In this document: positions 21,350 to 34,918 of the stretch, in pieces
Layout: every line of letters begins with the position of its first letter
Numbering within the stretch: position 1 is the first letter of the stretch
From: Macrostomum lignano
Taxonomy: Eukaryota
Direction: 5' to 3'
NCBI GenBank assembly: GCA_002269645.1
Contig: NIVC01003053.1
Location: 1-64,000 of the forward strand
Length of the DNA: 64,000 nucleotides
Program-made: the position numbers and the translations under genes
Notes under the pieces: generated by a model
Told to the model about the DNA's origin: nothing
The model's input: the letters and a program-made list of their open reading frames with translations, nothing else
Database searches by the model: none

Positions 21350-24300
21350 CTAACAGACACATGGGGAGTGTCCCCATGCGTCTCTAACAGGTAGCATCGG
21401 TATCTAACAGACTGTATCTCAATCTAACAGACTGTATCTCAATCTAACAGACATCATCTCTATCTAACAAACAGCAACTCTATCTAACAGACAGCATCTC
21501 AATCTAACAGGTAGCATCTCTATCTAACAAACAGCAACGCTATCTAACAGACAGCATCGGTATCTAACAGACTGTATCTCAATCTAACAGACTGTATCTC
21601 TATCTAACAGACAGCATCTCTATCTAACAGGTAGCATCTCTATCTAACAGACAGAATCTCTATCTAACAGACAGCATCTCAATCTAACAGGTAGCATCTC
21701 TATCTAACAGGTAGCATCTCTATCTAACAGACAGCATCTCAATCTAACAGGTAGCATCTCTATCTAACAGGTAGCATCTCTATCTAACAGACAGCATCTG
21801 TATCTAACAGGTAGCATCTGTATCTAACAGACAGCATCTCTATCTAACAGGTAGCATCTCTATCTAACAGACAGCATCTGTATCTAACAGACAGAATCTG
21901 TATCTAACAGACAGCATCTCTATCTAACAGACAGCATCTGTATCTAACAGACAGAATCTGTATCTAACAGACAGCATCTGTATCTGACAGACAGAATCTG
22001 TATCTAACAGACAGCATCTCTATCTAACAGACAGCATCTGTATCTAACAGACAGAATCTGTATCTAACAGACAGCATCTCTATCTAACAGACAGCATCTC
22101 TATCTAACAGGTAGCATCTCTATCTAACAGACAGAATCTCTATCTAACAGACAGCATCTCTATCTAACAGGTAGCATCTCTATCTAACAGACAGCAACTC
22201 TATCTAACAGACAGCATCTCTATCTAACAGGTAGCATCTCTATCTAACAGACAGAATCTCTATCTAACATACAGAATATCTATCTAACAGACAGCAACTC
22301 TATCTAACAAACAGCATCTCTATCTAACAGACAGAATCTCTATCTAACAGACAGAATCTCTATCTAACAGGTAGCATCTCTATCTAACAGACTGTATCTC
22401 AATCTAACAGACTGTATCTCTATCTAACAGACAGCATCTCTATCTAACAGGTAGCATCTCTATCTAACAGACAGAATCTCTATCTAACAGACAGCATCTC
22501 AATCTAACAGGTAGCATCTCTATCTAACAGGTAGCATCTCTATCTAACAGACAGCATCTCAATCTAACAGGTAGCATCTCTATCTAACAGGTAGCATCTC
22601 TATCTAACAGACAGCATCTGTATCTAACAGGTAGCATCTGTATCTAACAGACAGCATCTCTATCTAACAGGTAGCATCTGTATCTAACAGACAGAATCTG
22701 TATCTAACAGACAGCATCTGTATCTGACAGACAGAATCTGTATCTAACAGACAGCATCTCTATCTAACAGGTAGCATCTCTATCTAACAGACAGCATCTG
22801 TATCTAACAGACAGAATCTGTATCTAACAGACAGCATCTCTATCTAACAGACAGCATCTGTATCTAACAGACAGAATCTGTATCTAACAGACAGCATCTG
22901 TATCTGACAGACAGAATCTGTATCTAACAGACAGCATCTCTATCTAACAGACAGCATCTGTATCTAACAGACAGAATCTGTATCTAACAGACAGCATCTC
23001 TATCTAACAGACAGCATCTCTATCTAACAGGTAGCATCTCTATCTAACAGACAGAATCTCTATCTAACAGACAGCATCTCTATCTAACAGGTAGCATCTC
23101 TATCTAACAGACAGCAACTCTATCTAACAGACAGCATCTCTATCTAACAGGTAGCATCTCTATCTAACAGACAGAATCTCTATCTAACATACAGAATATC
23201 TATCTAACAGACAGCAACTCTATCTAACAAACAGCATCTCTATCTAACAGACAGAATCTCTATCTAACAGACAGCATCTCTATCTAACAGGTAGCATCTC
23301 TATCTAACAGACTGTATCTCAATCTAACAGACTGTATCTCTATCTAACAGACAGCATCTCTATCTAACAGGTAGCATCTCTATCTAACAGACAGAATCTC
23401 TATCTAACAGACAGCATCTCAATCTAACAGGTAGCATCTCTATCTAACAGGTAGCATCTCTATCTAACAGACAGCATCTCAATCTAACAGGTAGCATCTC
23501 TATCTAACAGGTAGCATCTCTATCTAACAGACAGCATCTGTATCTAACAGGTAGCATCTGTATCTAACAGACAGCATCTCTATCTAACAGGTAGCATCTC
23601 TATCTAACAGACAGCATCTGTATCTAACAGACAGAATCTGTATCTAACAGACAGCATCTCTATCTAACAGACAGCATCTGTATCTAACAGACAGAATCTG
23701 TATCTAACAGACAGCATCTGTATCTGACAGACAGAATCTGTATCTAACAGACAGCATCTCTATCTAACAGACAGCATCTGTATCTAACAGACAGAATCTG
23801 TATCTAACAGACAGCATCTCTATCTAACAGACAGCATCTCTATCTAACAGGTAGCATCTCTATCTAACAGACAGAATCTCTATCTAACAGACAGCATCTC
23901 TATCTAACAGGTAGCATCTCTATCTAACAGACAGCAACTCTATCTAACAGACAGCATCTCTATCTAACAGGTAGCATCTCTATCTAACAGACAGAATCTC
24001 TATCTAACATACAGAATATCTATCTAACAGACAGCAACTCTATCTAACAAACAGCATCTCTATCTAACAGACAGAATCTCTATCTAACAGACAGAATCTC
24101 TATCTAACAGGTAGCATCTCTATCTAACAGACAGCATCTGTATCTGACAGACAGAATCTGTATCTAACAGGTAGCATCTCTATCTAACAGGTAGCATCTG
24201 TATCTAACAGACAGCATCTCTATCTAACAGGTAGCATCTCTATCTAACAGACAGCATCTGTATCTAACAGACAGAATCTGTATCTAACAGACAGCATCTC

Positions 24301-24620
24301 TATCTAACAGGTAGCATCTCTATCTAACAGACAGCATCTGTATCTGACAGACAGAATCTGTATCTAACAGACAACATCTCTATCTAACAGACAGCATCTC
24401 TATCTAACAGACAGCATCTCTATCTAACAGGTAGCATCTCTATCTAACAGACAGCATCTCTATCTAACAGACAGAATCTGTATCTAACAGACAGCATCTC
24501 TATCTAACAGACAGCATCTCTATCTAACAGGTAGCATCTCTATCTAACAAACAGCATCTCTATCTAACAGACAGCATCTCTATCTAACAGACAGCATCCC
24601 AATCTAACAGTGGCATCAGT
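21350..24620. repeat. 20-bp satellite TATCTAACAGACAGCATCTC, about 160 copies, intergenic
   Basis: In-register 20-bp monomers with few variant types. Preceded by a TACATG-type microsatellite at about 21225-21350. Confidence 0.97.
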
Positions 24621-25095
24621 AACAGATAATTGATAAATAGTAAAGATGAAAATAATTTTATAGCTACTCGAGACATGCAAGCAAAGTATTTTGCATTCTT
24701 TTTTAAATTTATAATGTACAGACAGACTAACAATACTTTTATAAATCACTGTATATTCATAGTTCATGCGATAAAAGCAGCACAATTTTGGAACCTGATA
24801 TCGAAATTCAAGCAAAAAACTAGTCATGAACACTCGCTACTACTGTACATAGCACATTAGAATAGAATTACACTGAGGTTAATAATCTTTTGTTCCTAAA
24901 CTGGTTAATTTCGCTACTAACAGTAGTCGCATATAAAATTGAATGCGAAAAAAATTTCACCAAAAAATAGAAAAATAGCTATCTTTAACATATCGATCTG
25001 TTTGCATCCAAATTACTCTACTATTAGTAGCTAAGTTAAGCAATTTGTTAGTAAAATTAACTTTGACAATAAAATTATTGCGCAATCGCCGTATT

Positions 25096-28000
25096 TCACG
25101 CCGACTCGTCCTCGAAGACAACGCGTCGCTCCTCCTCGGCGCACAGAAGATCTTCGGCAGCGGCTCCGTCTTGATGACCGCCAACAACTCGGACGAATTG
25201 ATCAAAATCGCTGGCCAGACACCACCGTCTGGCAGCGGCAGCGTCAGCCGAATGACCCGTGGCGGCGGCGAATTGCAACAGTTGCGCGCCGCAGTGAAGC
25301 CGGCTGAGCGAGTAGGCGAACTCCCGAGCAGCGTGGGTCAGGCGATCTGCTGGCACCGCGGCTGCCACGGTCAGCACTCGACGGTAGGAGGCGCGCAGAC
25401 GATCCACCGGCGCCGATAGACCCAGCACGCTTGGCGCCGAGCCGGCAACGCTACAGGCCGACTCGAGGCTGCGCTGCAGGGCAGGCAGGGCAGCGCCGCG
25501 CGATTTGTGCAGGGCGCGCAGCAAGTCCAGGCTCAGCACGTTGGTGGTGCCCTCCCAGATTGGGAGAACGTTGGCGTCGCGTAACATCCCGGGAATGCCG
25601 CTCTCCTCGACGTAGCCGACTCCGCCAAACATCTCCATAGCCTCCTGGGGTGGCAAGGAAAATTTCAGAATTGAAATTAATTGTTTACTTGAGAATGAGA
25701 CGATTGACAGCAGGAGTCTAGAAAGAGCAATTATGGAGAGACTGATTGTTAAAAAATTATTTAGGACATCGAAGCAAGTAATAGAAAAGGAAGAGAGTAG
25801 GGGAGAGGAGCGAAGAAGAAATGGAGAGGAGTGGAGAGGAGAGTAGAGAAGAGAGTAGAGGAGAGGAGGGGAGAGGAGAGGAGGAGAGGACAGGAGATAA
25901 GAGGATGGGAGAGGAGAGGATGGGAGATAAGAGGAGGGGAGAGGAGAGGAGAGGAGAGGAGAGGAGGGGAGAGGAGAGGATAGGAGATGAGAGAAGAAGA
26001 GATAAGAAGAAAGGAGAGGAGAAGAGAGGAGAAGAGAGGAGAGGTGAGGAGAGGTGAGGAGAGAAGAGAGGGAGAACAGAGGAGGGGAGAGGAGAGGAGC
26101 AGCGGACATGAGCATGCTAGTCAGGCCAATCCCCAGCAGCTCACCTGAGCCTGTCTGACTGCCTGCTTAGCCGTGAACAGTTTCAACAGCGGCGACAACA
26201 ATCTGACAAGCTGTTGATCATCCTCGCCAGCTGCGGCGTCAGCGCCATCGCCACGAGGCAGCAGGCGGGACTCTGTCCGGCCCAGCGCTGCCGCGTAGTT
26301 CATTGCGAACAGGCAGGCGGCCCGGGAGTGCACCTCGAGGTCCGAGAGGCCGCGAACGTGCAGCGGATACTCGGAGATTCGATTGCCAAATGCCGTGCGC
26401 TGTCTGGATTGGGGACAGGAGGGTGAGGAGGGTGAGGAGAGTACAGGGGTGAGGAGGGTGAGGAAGGAAGGGAGGGTACAGGAGGGTGAGGAGGGTAAGA
26501 AGCGTACAGGAGGGTGAGGGGTTGCGGAGGGTGACGATGGTAAGAAGGGTACAGGAGGGTGAGGATGGCAGAGGAGGCTTCAGCAAGCAGCCAGCAGTTC
26601 CTGCACAATGCCCTCACCTAGCGTGGTCCCGACACAACTGGCTGAAGCGCCTCAAAGCTCCGGCAGCGTGCACGGCGTTGTGCAGTCGGGTGATCTGCAG
26701 CATGGTGGAGATCTCAGCCACCCCGCGACGCGGCTCGCCAATCAGGCGGGCCCGGCAGCCGTCCAGCAGCAGCTCGGCCGTGGGCAGCTGTCTGGTGCCC
26801 AACTTGTTCTTCAATCGCACCACCTGGATGCCGTTTAGCTGGTCCGGATTGTCGGGGCTTCGCACCCGGATGAAGAAGAGGCTGAGGCCGCGACTTCCAG
26901 GCGTTGGGGCTCCGCCTGAGCCGTTCGGCACCACCCGAGCCAGAGCCAGGGTCATGTCCGAGTCAGTAGCCGAGCTGAACCACTTGAATCCGTACAGCCT
27001 AAATTGGAAAATAAAAAACTCTTTTTAGAACTAGTAGTTTTTAAAACCAATATAACACTGGTAACTATAGATACTGTATTTTCAGATTCAAAATCCATAC
27101 CTGTATGCAAAAAATATTACACTATACATAAAGTAGCTTGCTAACTTTATAATTAAAATCGATAAATGACGCATGTATCTATTTTAAGAAACAAAGATCG
27201 ATAAAATGACTTAGTTCGCATTATCGATCTATTTTTAGAAGAAAAATCAATAAAAATGACATAGGCAGCAATTTTAGAAACTGAAATCAATACATGACGT
27301 ATGTTGTATTTCCAAAATTTGAAAATTACTATTAATGTCGGTAGGTCTTTCTTTGGAATTTCCTCAATCTGCGAGCCTCACCGATAAGTGCCGTCATCCT
27401 GAGGCACGGCGACAGTCTCGGTGCCGTCGCCAACATCCGAGCCGCCGCCTCGTTCCGTCATCCACTGACCAGAGGTCCAAAATCTTTTAGGATCGCGAGT
27501 TGTTAGTCTGAAAAAAAATTGCAAAGCAGCAACAGGTTTTTGAAATCAGGCAATTAGAAATTAGCATTAGGTAAACCTAAAAATACAATTGCTATAGCTG
27601 GCACTTTCATTTTACTTTACTAACAGTGAAAATGACACAATAAGTTAATCGAACAAACCTATCGTAAGCCTCCGAGAGACAGCCCGTCTGTCCCGAACCT
27701 CCCCGCTCATCCAACAAGCGAAGAGTTTTGGCAGCCCCGTCTGTCATGGCCAAAGGACAGCCGTACAATCCGCTCGATGGTGCGTACAAAAGATTCTTCA
27801 ACATCTGATGAAGCCGTCCGTTGCTAACGACTCCGCCGCCGTTGCTAGGGCTAGGATAAGCCAGAGCAATGAAACCTTCCTCGGCTGAGAAAGTTTTCAT
27901 CGATTTCCAAGCGTGCGAAGTGTGAATCCGATCGATTCTGCGACCCCAGCAGTCGAACTGTTCCAGGGTTGGTGGCTGACGCTCGCAGTCGAGCGCCAGT

Positions 28001-28635
28001 TCGTGTACATCCGTTGCTATGCGGTTGCCGAGGCGACTGAGATCCAATTGGATCGCTGCAAGCTCTGCTGACTGTGTTTATTGACAAAATGTTTTTAAGA
28101 ACAACTTTTGATGACCTATTTTATATGAAATCAACCATGAGTGGTCATGGACACTCTATTGAGAATTTCTCTCTCTGACATTGCTGATCAAGCCTTCACA
28201 GTAGGCAAGCCTCAACTGCTGGACATTCTCAGCTAGTGCCTAGCTTAGTCTCCCAAGCTTTCTATGGTATCCCAATGGTAATAAGTAAATAAATAGCAAA
28301 ACCAGTACAGGGACCACTAGTAAACTAAAGGGAAGATAATAATTTAGGCATACTAGCTATGTAAAAAATTGATGCTTTGTTGTTACTACAAGTATATAAC
28401 CATTTTGATACTTGCTGTTTTTTTAGAAAAAAAATAAATTATATAATTAGCTTACCTTATTACCAAAGGCCACTTTAACATATCTCTGCATAAATGGATC
28501 CTTGTCAAAGGGATTGGTGACTGGCACTGATTGTTGATAAAAGGAGCCATGCTTGGCACCCTGAAAAACTGCTTCATTGTGAGCAAATCGCTTAATCAAA
28601 TGAGAAAATCTTGATATTTCTCTTGCTTGAAGCAT
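25096..28635 (-). CDS. acdh-11: Acyl-CoA dehydrogenase, AidB / ACDH-11 type (about 635 aa, 6 exons)
   Basis: Exons 28635-28456, 28071-27659, 27507-27382, 26998-26618, 26403-26145, 25644-25096; all GT-AG, phases compatible, 1908 nt. Motifs GCPLAMTDGAAKTL, TSGQWMTERGGGSDV, YGFKWFSS, KNKLGTRQLPTAEL, EAMEMFGGVGYVEE, catalytic IWEGTTNV. Confidence 0.92.
25790..26100. repeat. GA-rich simple repeat in ACAD intron 5
   Basis: gaggagaggagagg runs. Confidence 0.85.
26410..26575. repeat. Purine-rich degenerate repeat (GAGGAGGGTGAGG...TACAGG) in ACAD intron 4
   Basis: Several imperfect copies. Confidence 0.7.
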
Positions 28636-31224
28636 TTCAATGTTTGATAATAAAACATAAAAGAATATAAGCAAGTTTAATTAAAATAAATTAAATGCAA
28701 TATTCAATATACTTAAATATTTGTTTTTTCTTACATTTTTGCAGTTAAAGACTATAAAAAGCTTGTTTATAGATTTATTGACAAAATAAAATATAGATCA
28801 TATGGTTTTGCTTATTATATATTTAAGCATATATAAGCACACACATATATAAGCATAACACAGCAGACTAAGGTTCCTTTATTTTAGACTAATTTGGTGT
28901 ACTTAATTATCATTTGAAATTAGCCACTCTCTCTAGTCAAGCATATCTAGTATCTGTCTTTAATAAAATATTTGGTATTGGTAAATAAAATATGGTGTGA
29001 ATATGCAACAAAAGTATTTTCGATGTATCAAAACTTTTTTAATTTTAATTTTATTAATTGTTGACAGCGCTAAAAAGCAAAACTTAAACACTATACGGAT
29101 TATAGATTGCGAATGTTGTGCAAACTTTACAATATAGGAAGTAAATAAAATCGGTATTGTGGCACCGCACCATATAGCCCATACATACACTTGAGTGCTT
29201 TAGGTACGTTCGTCTTCGAGATGAAGTCATTATTGCTGTGTGTTTTGAGTGCATGTGGGTTTGCTTGTGACGGAATAACTAAAAAATGAGATATTGATAT
29301 AAAAAAATATAAAATGAGGCTGGTTTCTTGTAAAGCATGAAATTCAAACCTAGACTCGATCGATCATATTTAAATCTAAGCAGTTAAACAGTTCCTAAAT
29401 GAAAAAAAGCATAAGAATATGTTATGCTTACTCTGGGACTATAGCTTGTTTTAAAAAATAAACATCAACAAATTAAAGTTTGAGAGCGCTTTTGAAGCGA
29501 TTAATTTCTGCATTATATATCCAGCTCCAAAGAAACAAAAATGCCTAATTGAGGCTTTGTTGATAAACCATAAAATCTCCAGGGCCATTTTATAAAGGAC
29601 AAGGACCATCAGACGTCAAGATATTGTATTCGGATATAGCACTTGCGTTCTATATAGACGTTTTTTGCAAATTAATTCATGGTCATACATATGTAGACAG
29701 CTGCTAAAAGCTATGTACATGTAGTAGAAGCTAGAACGCTTGTCACCTTGCCGATTTTCTCAGAACTAAACTGGAGGCCGTTAAGTGACGTACATGTGTG
29801 TTTATATGCATACGTAAGCATACTTTTGATAATTTTCACGTTCACGTTTTAATTGCTTGCAGTTGATATAATTATTAAAAAACTAGTTCAGGTTCAGAAT
29901 TCGATCTTATTTACGTATCCTAATTTGCATATACATTGGGTAGTTTGTTGATTAAAAGCTAGAGGCCGTGACGAATCACTATAAACATTTTTTGGCTAGT
30001 AGCAATAGTATATTTGCAGCAATTTTACACTAGGCGTCTAAAAAATTGGAACGCAGCTGAATAAAACTGCGCGAATGTACTCAATACAGAGGCAATAAAT
30101 GTAATTATGTACATGCATCACGATCGTCTTACATGTAACTTCTAAATGTAGCAGTAGAAATTGAACCAACATTTTACTGGGCGTCGACCGATGGGACCCA
30201 AATATTAGTAGCTGTTTCCGTTTTTGTTAATGTGAAAGCTAAATATTCGCAATATACTACTAAATTCCACTAATTTATATATTCGACATATCATCAATAA
30301 TTTATCTTAATTACATTTACAGACCGCGGTAAAACGTGTACTATGTACTTATCAAATCCAACAGTATATGTACGCTTTCCGTACGCAAGTTTTCAAAGTA
30401 ATTGTTTAAGCTATACTGATAGCTTACCCGAATGAAACACAGCTACCTGTGTAATGCCACACGTACATTGTAGTACATGTACTTAATTTATATTATGCTT
30501 GATGTGAAATATATACATAAAAAATAACGATCAACGTCACAACTTCAATAAAAAAGGTGAATCTGCTGCATGGCTGTTTTGAATTTAAAAAGTCTACTGC
30601 AGCAACGAACTACACACGTACACCTGTACGTTGCACAAACCGGGATACCTAGTAAATATTGTATTCATATTTTGCAGTAACCCCCTCCCAGAGAGATAGA
30701 ATGTGAATTGCCACGACGAAATTCACATTATGATACGCGGCGCCCATCCGTGTGGTGCTTACGAGCGCGTATGAGCATTTTTTATGTCTGGTTGATTGGC
30801 AATATACACTTTTTAATGCAGTTTTCGCGTTATACGACATATGCAGCTCAATTTCTTTCTAGATTCCATCAATATTGCTCAACTGCTGTAAGCTCATCAT
30901 ACTCAGTTATTGCCTCCTGCAATTGGGATTTATCTCGCATCTGTACCTCCGCGATAGCCCTGTCTGCTTTTTTCAACAGCAGCCACCCAACAGCTGATCG
31001 TACGATGCGCGCGTCCATGCATCCATCCTCCCCATAGGCTGTGAATAGAGAATGAACCGCTAGAACTAAAAGCCCAGTATTGGATATTTATTATGAAAGC
31101 ATTCAGGGGTGGTTTTCAACCCACAAACGCAATAAATGCTAATTTAAAACCGATGTAGGGATCAATTTTAGAAAATAACTGCGATAGCTGTATTGTTGCA
31201 TCCGTGACATTGCTGTTGCAGATA

Positions 31225-33860
31225 ATGGAGAGTGTCAGAAACTCCAGTGGGAGGCGCAGCTCAAATCGGAAGAATTCGGAGCAGAGAGCTTGTGGGATCG
31301 CACACGCTAGAAACTCCATTTTACCTCATAAGGAGGACGTGGTTGCCGCGGCCCGGACTGGTTTGATCAAACGAGCCATTGAAACGTTCATAGAAAACAC
31401 GTCGCTTCGTGGATTTCGCAAGTGCTACTCAAACCAATACAAAGTGCTGCGCCTCCACTGGCTATTATATCTGTTGAGTATGACCGCCATTCTATCCTAC
31501 GGTTCCTATGAACTATTGAAAGAGTACTTCGAGTACCATACTACCTACCAGATTGAAGAGCGAGTCAACGATCCGACTCATTTCCCTAGCATGACAGTCT
31601 GCTCAGTGTACCCGTTCTCGCCCGGCGCCCATCAGCTGTGGACCTCGAATCAGCTGATCAGTCCGGCCGAGTTCTCGCGCCAAATGCGTCGAGGCATCGG
31701 TCACTACATCCGGCGCAATATGATCAAAGAGGCCGGCACCCTGTTCCATAGCGATCGCGTGTCCACCTACTTCCAGCGGTTGAACGCCACAGAGCTGTCC
31801 ATGGTTGAACACTCTCTGCACGAGCTCATGCCATTCTGCAGCATGCGGCACAGCGCCAAGGTAAATCCTAGCGTATCGCACTCCGAGCCGTGCGAGTTCC
31901 AGATGCGCAGGGTCTACCATCCGGACTATTTCACCTGCTACACGCTCCAGCTGCCGCTGAACAAGTCCACTAAAGTTAGCGACGTGTCGCTCATTTTATC
32001 CAACGTCAATTTTAAAAGCATCGAACAGGGAAATCACAGCAACATAGCTGTGGGACGCCAATCGAAATTACTTGAGGAGCACGTGTACAACATTTTTACT
32101 CAGGGAGCCGGGTTCCGCATTGCGCTGCACGAGCCTGACACATATCCCCACCTTGATGAGGACAGTTTCAGTGTACAGATGCAGACTTCGACGTTGCTTC
32201 GTTATCGCACTATTCGCTATCAGAAAGACTCCAAGCAAACGGACAAATGCTCGGACAAAGCCGACAGGACAGTCCAAATTCGAGACGTACAAGAGCGGTA
32301 CAACTACACTAGAAGCGCATGCATTAGTGAATTCATTGGACGATACATCCTTAAGAAGTGCGGCTGCATCTCCGCCTTTCATATCCGGCCTCGTCAGCCG
32401 GACCGCAGAGTGCCTTACTGCGGCCACTACAACTTTAGCGAGTCACAAAAATTTGTCGACAGGCTCAACTGCGTTCGCCAGCTGAACTTGACTGACCTGG
32501 TCTACGGTGTCGGGCATCACCAGTGTCGCAAGCGGTGCTCGCACCACTCGTACGAGAGTCACATGTCCTCGTCGAACTGGGAGCCGAGTCTCTGCCAGTT
32601 TCACTGGGTGGGCCACATCGAACGGGCTCTGGATCATCTGCAGGATAATCCGCGGTGAGTTTGCCGTGCTCTGAAAACAGAGAAAAAGCCATTTTAAATA
32701 TGGTAGCCTTAGGCACCTCAAGCACCAAGAAACAGCTTTGACACATTCACATCTCTATTTAGTTACCATCGCGAGTAAAAGCGCCACGACGTCTCTTCAA
32801 GGTCGATTTAAGCTCCCTAGTAGAATAATAAAGTTAATAAAACTGTGATAACATTTCCCAATATCCCAAAGTAAACTGGAGAAATACGGAGGTACCTAGG
32901 CCGTTATGAAGTCAATGAAGTCCTTCAGGTCTTGTTCTTGGCTGTGATCTAGAAAGCTCACATTAGACAGAAACTGCAACTCCTTGGACGATATTCCATC
33001 TAAGGATTCGACCGGTAGATGCTTCCAATTAATCATTTTCAGTTTGTCGCTTGACAAGAAAAAATAATCTCAATGGTGTCTGTCTGTTTGTTATCGTCTA
33101 AATAGTACACACAGGCTCTGACAAGCTTCGATCTGACCAAGAAAAAACTTTCTATGGCCTCAAGCAACCGAGATTTCTCGTCTTTCTAGCGTTGAACAAT
33201 CAGATTCGCTTTATCGTTGAACAATGATGGATTGTTCAACGCTGATCAAAAGCGTACATCTATGAAACAATGTTGATGCTTCGCCACTCGTGAAACTTAA
33301 TCATTGTCAATCTCTCAAACCACATACGCAACTATACATTGTTCGGTGTCTAATTTGACATACCCTTTGCAAAACAATCGCTCATATTCAGAAGCAGCGA
33401 GAGCCGAGAGCAGCTGCTCCGATTCGCCGAATTAGACTCGATTCTATCAGCTCCCGAACAGATGAAAATTCAACACTTCGAAGACAGGGCTCTAAAGAAC
33501 ATGGCTTTGGTCACGGTCGCCAGGCTCAACTATCGTACAGTTGTCAGCCGAGAGAAACTGCAAATCAGTCTGAGCGCCCTGTGGAGCCGCCTCGGCGGTC
33601 TCGGCAGCCTAACTATCGGCGTCACGCTCACGTTCGCCTTCGAATTAGTCGAACTGCTCTACCTAATAGGCAGGTGGAGTTTTGAAGAGTTGGCCTCTAA
33701 AGTTGGCTTGCGCAACAATCGAGACAGCAGCTACGAAGAAGATTCGAACTCTTTCGAACCGATGGAGACGCTGGAGGAGTCAAATCAGAGCGACGGGATT
33801 GCCGACGGCGACAGGCAGACGTCGTTCTACGACAATGTGCCGGATGGTGCTCAAAACTGA
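31225..33860 (+). CDS. DEG/ENaC (amiloride-sensitive sodium channel family) subunit, about 632 aa, 2 exons
   Basis: Exons 31225-32654 (CG|gtgagt) and 33392-33860 (ttcag|A), phase 2. TM1 (HWLLYLLSMTAILSYGSY), FPSMTVC, GFRIALHEPDTYP, Cys-rich thumb (YTRSAC...KKCGC...YC...C...CRKRC), TM2 region LWSRLGGLGSLTIGVT..FELVELL. Confidence 0.92.
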
Positions 33861-33869
33861 TATTCGCCG

Positions 33870-34165
33870 GAGTCTTGTCTTGGGGTTGAAGGTTTACCCT
33901 GGCGCTACGCCTTCAAAGACATGGTTTCACAACCGGTGAGGTGAGGCAGTTCAGCCCATTCCACTGACTCCCAAGCACACCCAAGCGTTCGGATCCTGTA
34001 CGCAGACACGCACTCGTGCACACGCACAAACAGGTTGTACAGCGGCCCTGACTTCTAGTTGTCAGGCATGTGCACTCTCTGTGCCTTGGGGTTTGGCCAG
34101 GGTGTAAGTCTCACGACAGCCGAGCACGAACTCGAACCAAGGGTCGTAGCCTCCTTACCGGTCTA
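33870..34165 (-). mobile_element. Possible tRNA-derived SINE-like dispersed repeat
   Basis: Minus strand has an A-box-like TAGACCGGTAAG followed by a B-box-like GGTTCGAGTTC. Segment 33994-34052 is roughly 80% identical by eye to 52440-52494. Confidence 0.4.
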
Positions 34166-34918
34166 ATAGTGGGGTCTTTCCAATTTGAGACAATTCTGAC
34201 ATCCGCAATTATTGAATAAATTTATTGAAGCAGAAGGCTAAATTTCGGTTCACAATTCATTAGGAAAATTTAAATTTAAAATCGTCACGAAAAGCAACAA
34301 CGGCACGTTTGGCTCCATCTTCCTGATTAGCCAGTCTCCAATAATAAAGTAATTTTGCAGCCTGCATCTCTGACCAAGCGTAAACATCGGCTTTATCACA
34401 ATTTGAAATCAGTTGAAAACACAGAAGACTTCAAGACTTCTGGTCTCCCTGTGATTCGTCTTTTATCTGTTAGAAGTTTGCCTTCTCTCCTTTTTGGTTG
34501 ATTGCCACATCCCACATCTATATTTTTTTATTTCAAATTTTTACTCCGCAGACCATCAACCTGCGCTTAGTTATGATGGAGTTGCTAATGAGAGCGCCAC
34601 TTTTAATTGAGGAACTATTTTAGCAGTTGCCATGAGCTCATTCTGTATGACCTGCCGGTTGGGCTTAAGCTAAGGACTTTTAAAATTTTTTTAAAACAAT
34701 CTGGATCGGACAGTCGAAGCCTGGGCAGTAAATTTAAAGGCCTACCAGACAGCACAAAAGCTGGTATACCCATTTGTCTCATCAACATTCAGCCAACATG
34801 CGTTGTGTCCTAAAACATCCCGTGCCTCTATGGCGAAACCTGAGAAATTTCCTAATCCAAGTTCTGAATAAAAAAGTCCATGGCCTAATTTATCGTTATA
34901 CTAGAGCTTTTTGAAGCC

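Noticed and set aside
21350-24620. Regular arrays (20-, 28-, 42-, 46-bp units) as CRISPR arrays
   Set aside because: Units are head-to-tail with no unique spacers, no cas genes are present, and the context is eukaryotic.
28700-30860. AT-rich region with scattered TACATGTA words between the ACAD and ENaC genes
   Set aside because: Looks like ordinary divergent intergenic DNA; no ORF, TIR or ordered array that I can support.
34100-34165. tRNA gene
   Set aside because: Only A/B-box-like words are present; I could not build an acceptor stem or cloverleaf, so it is treated as a possible SINE head.
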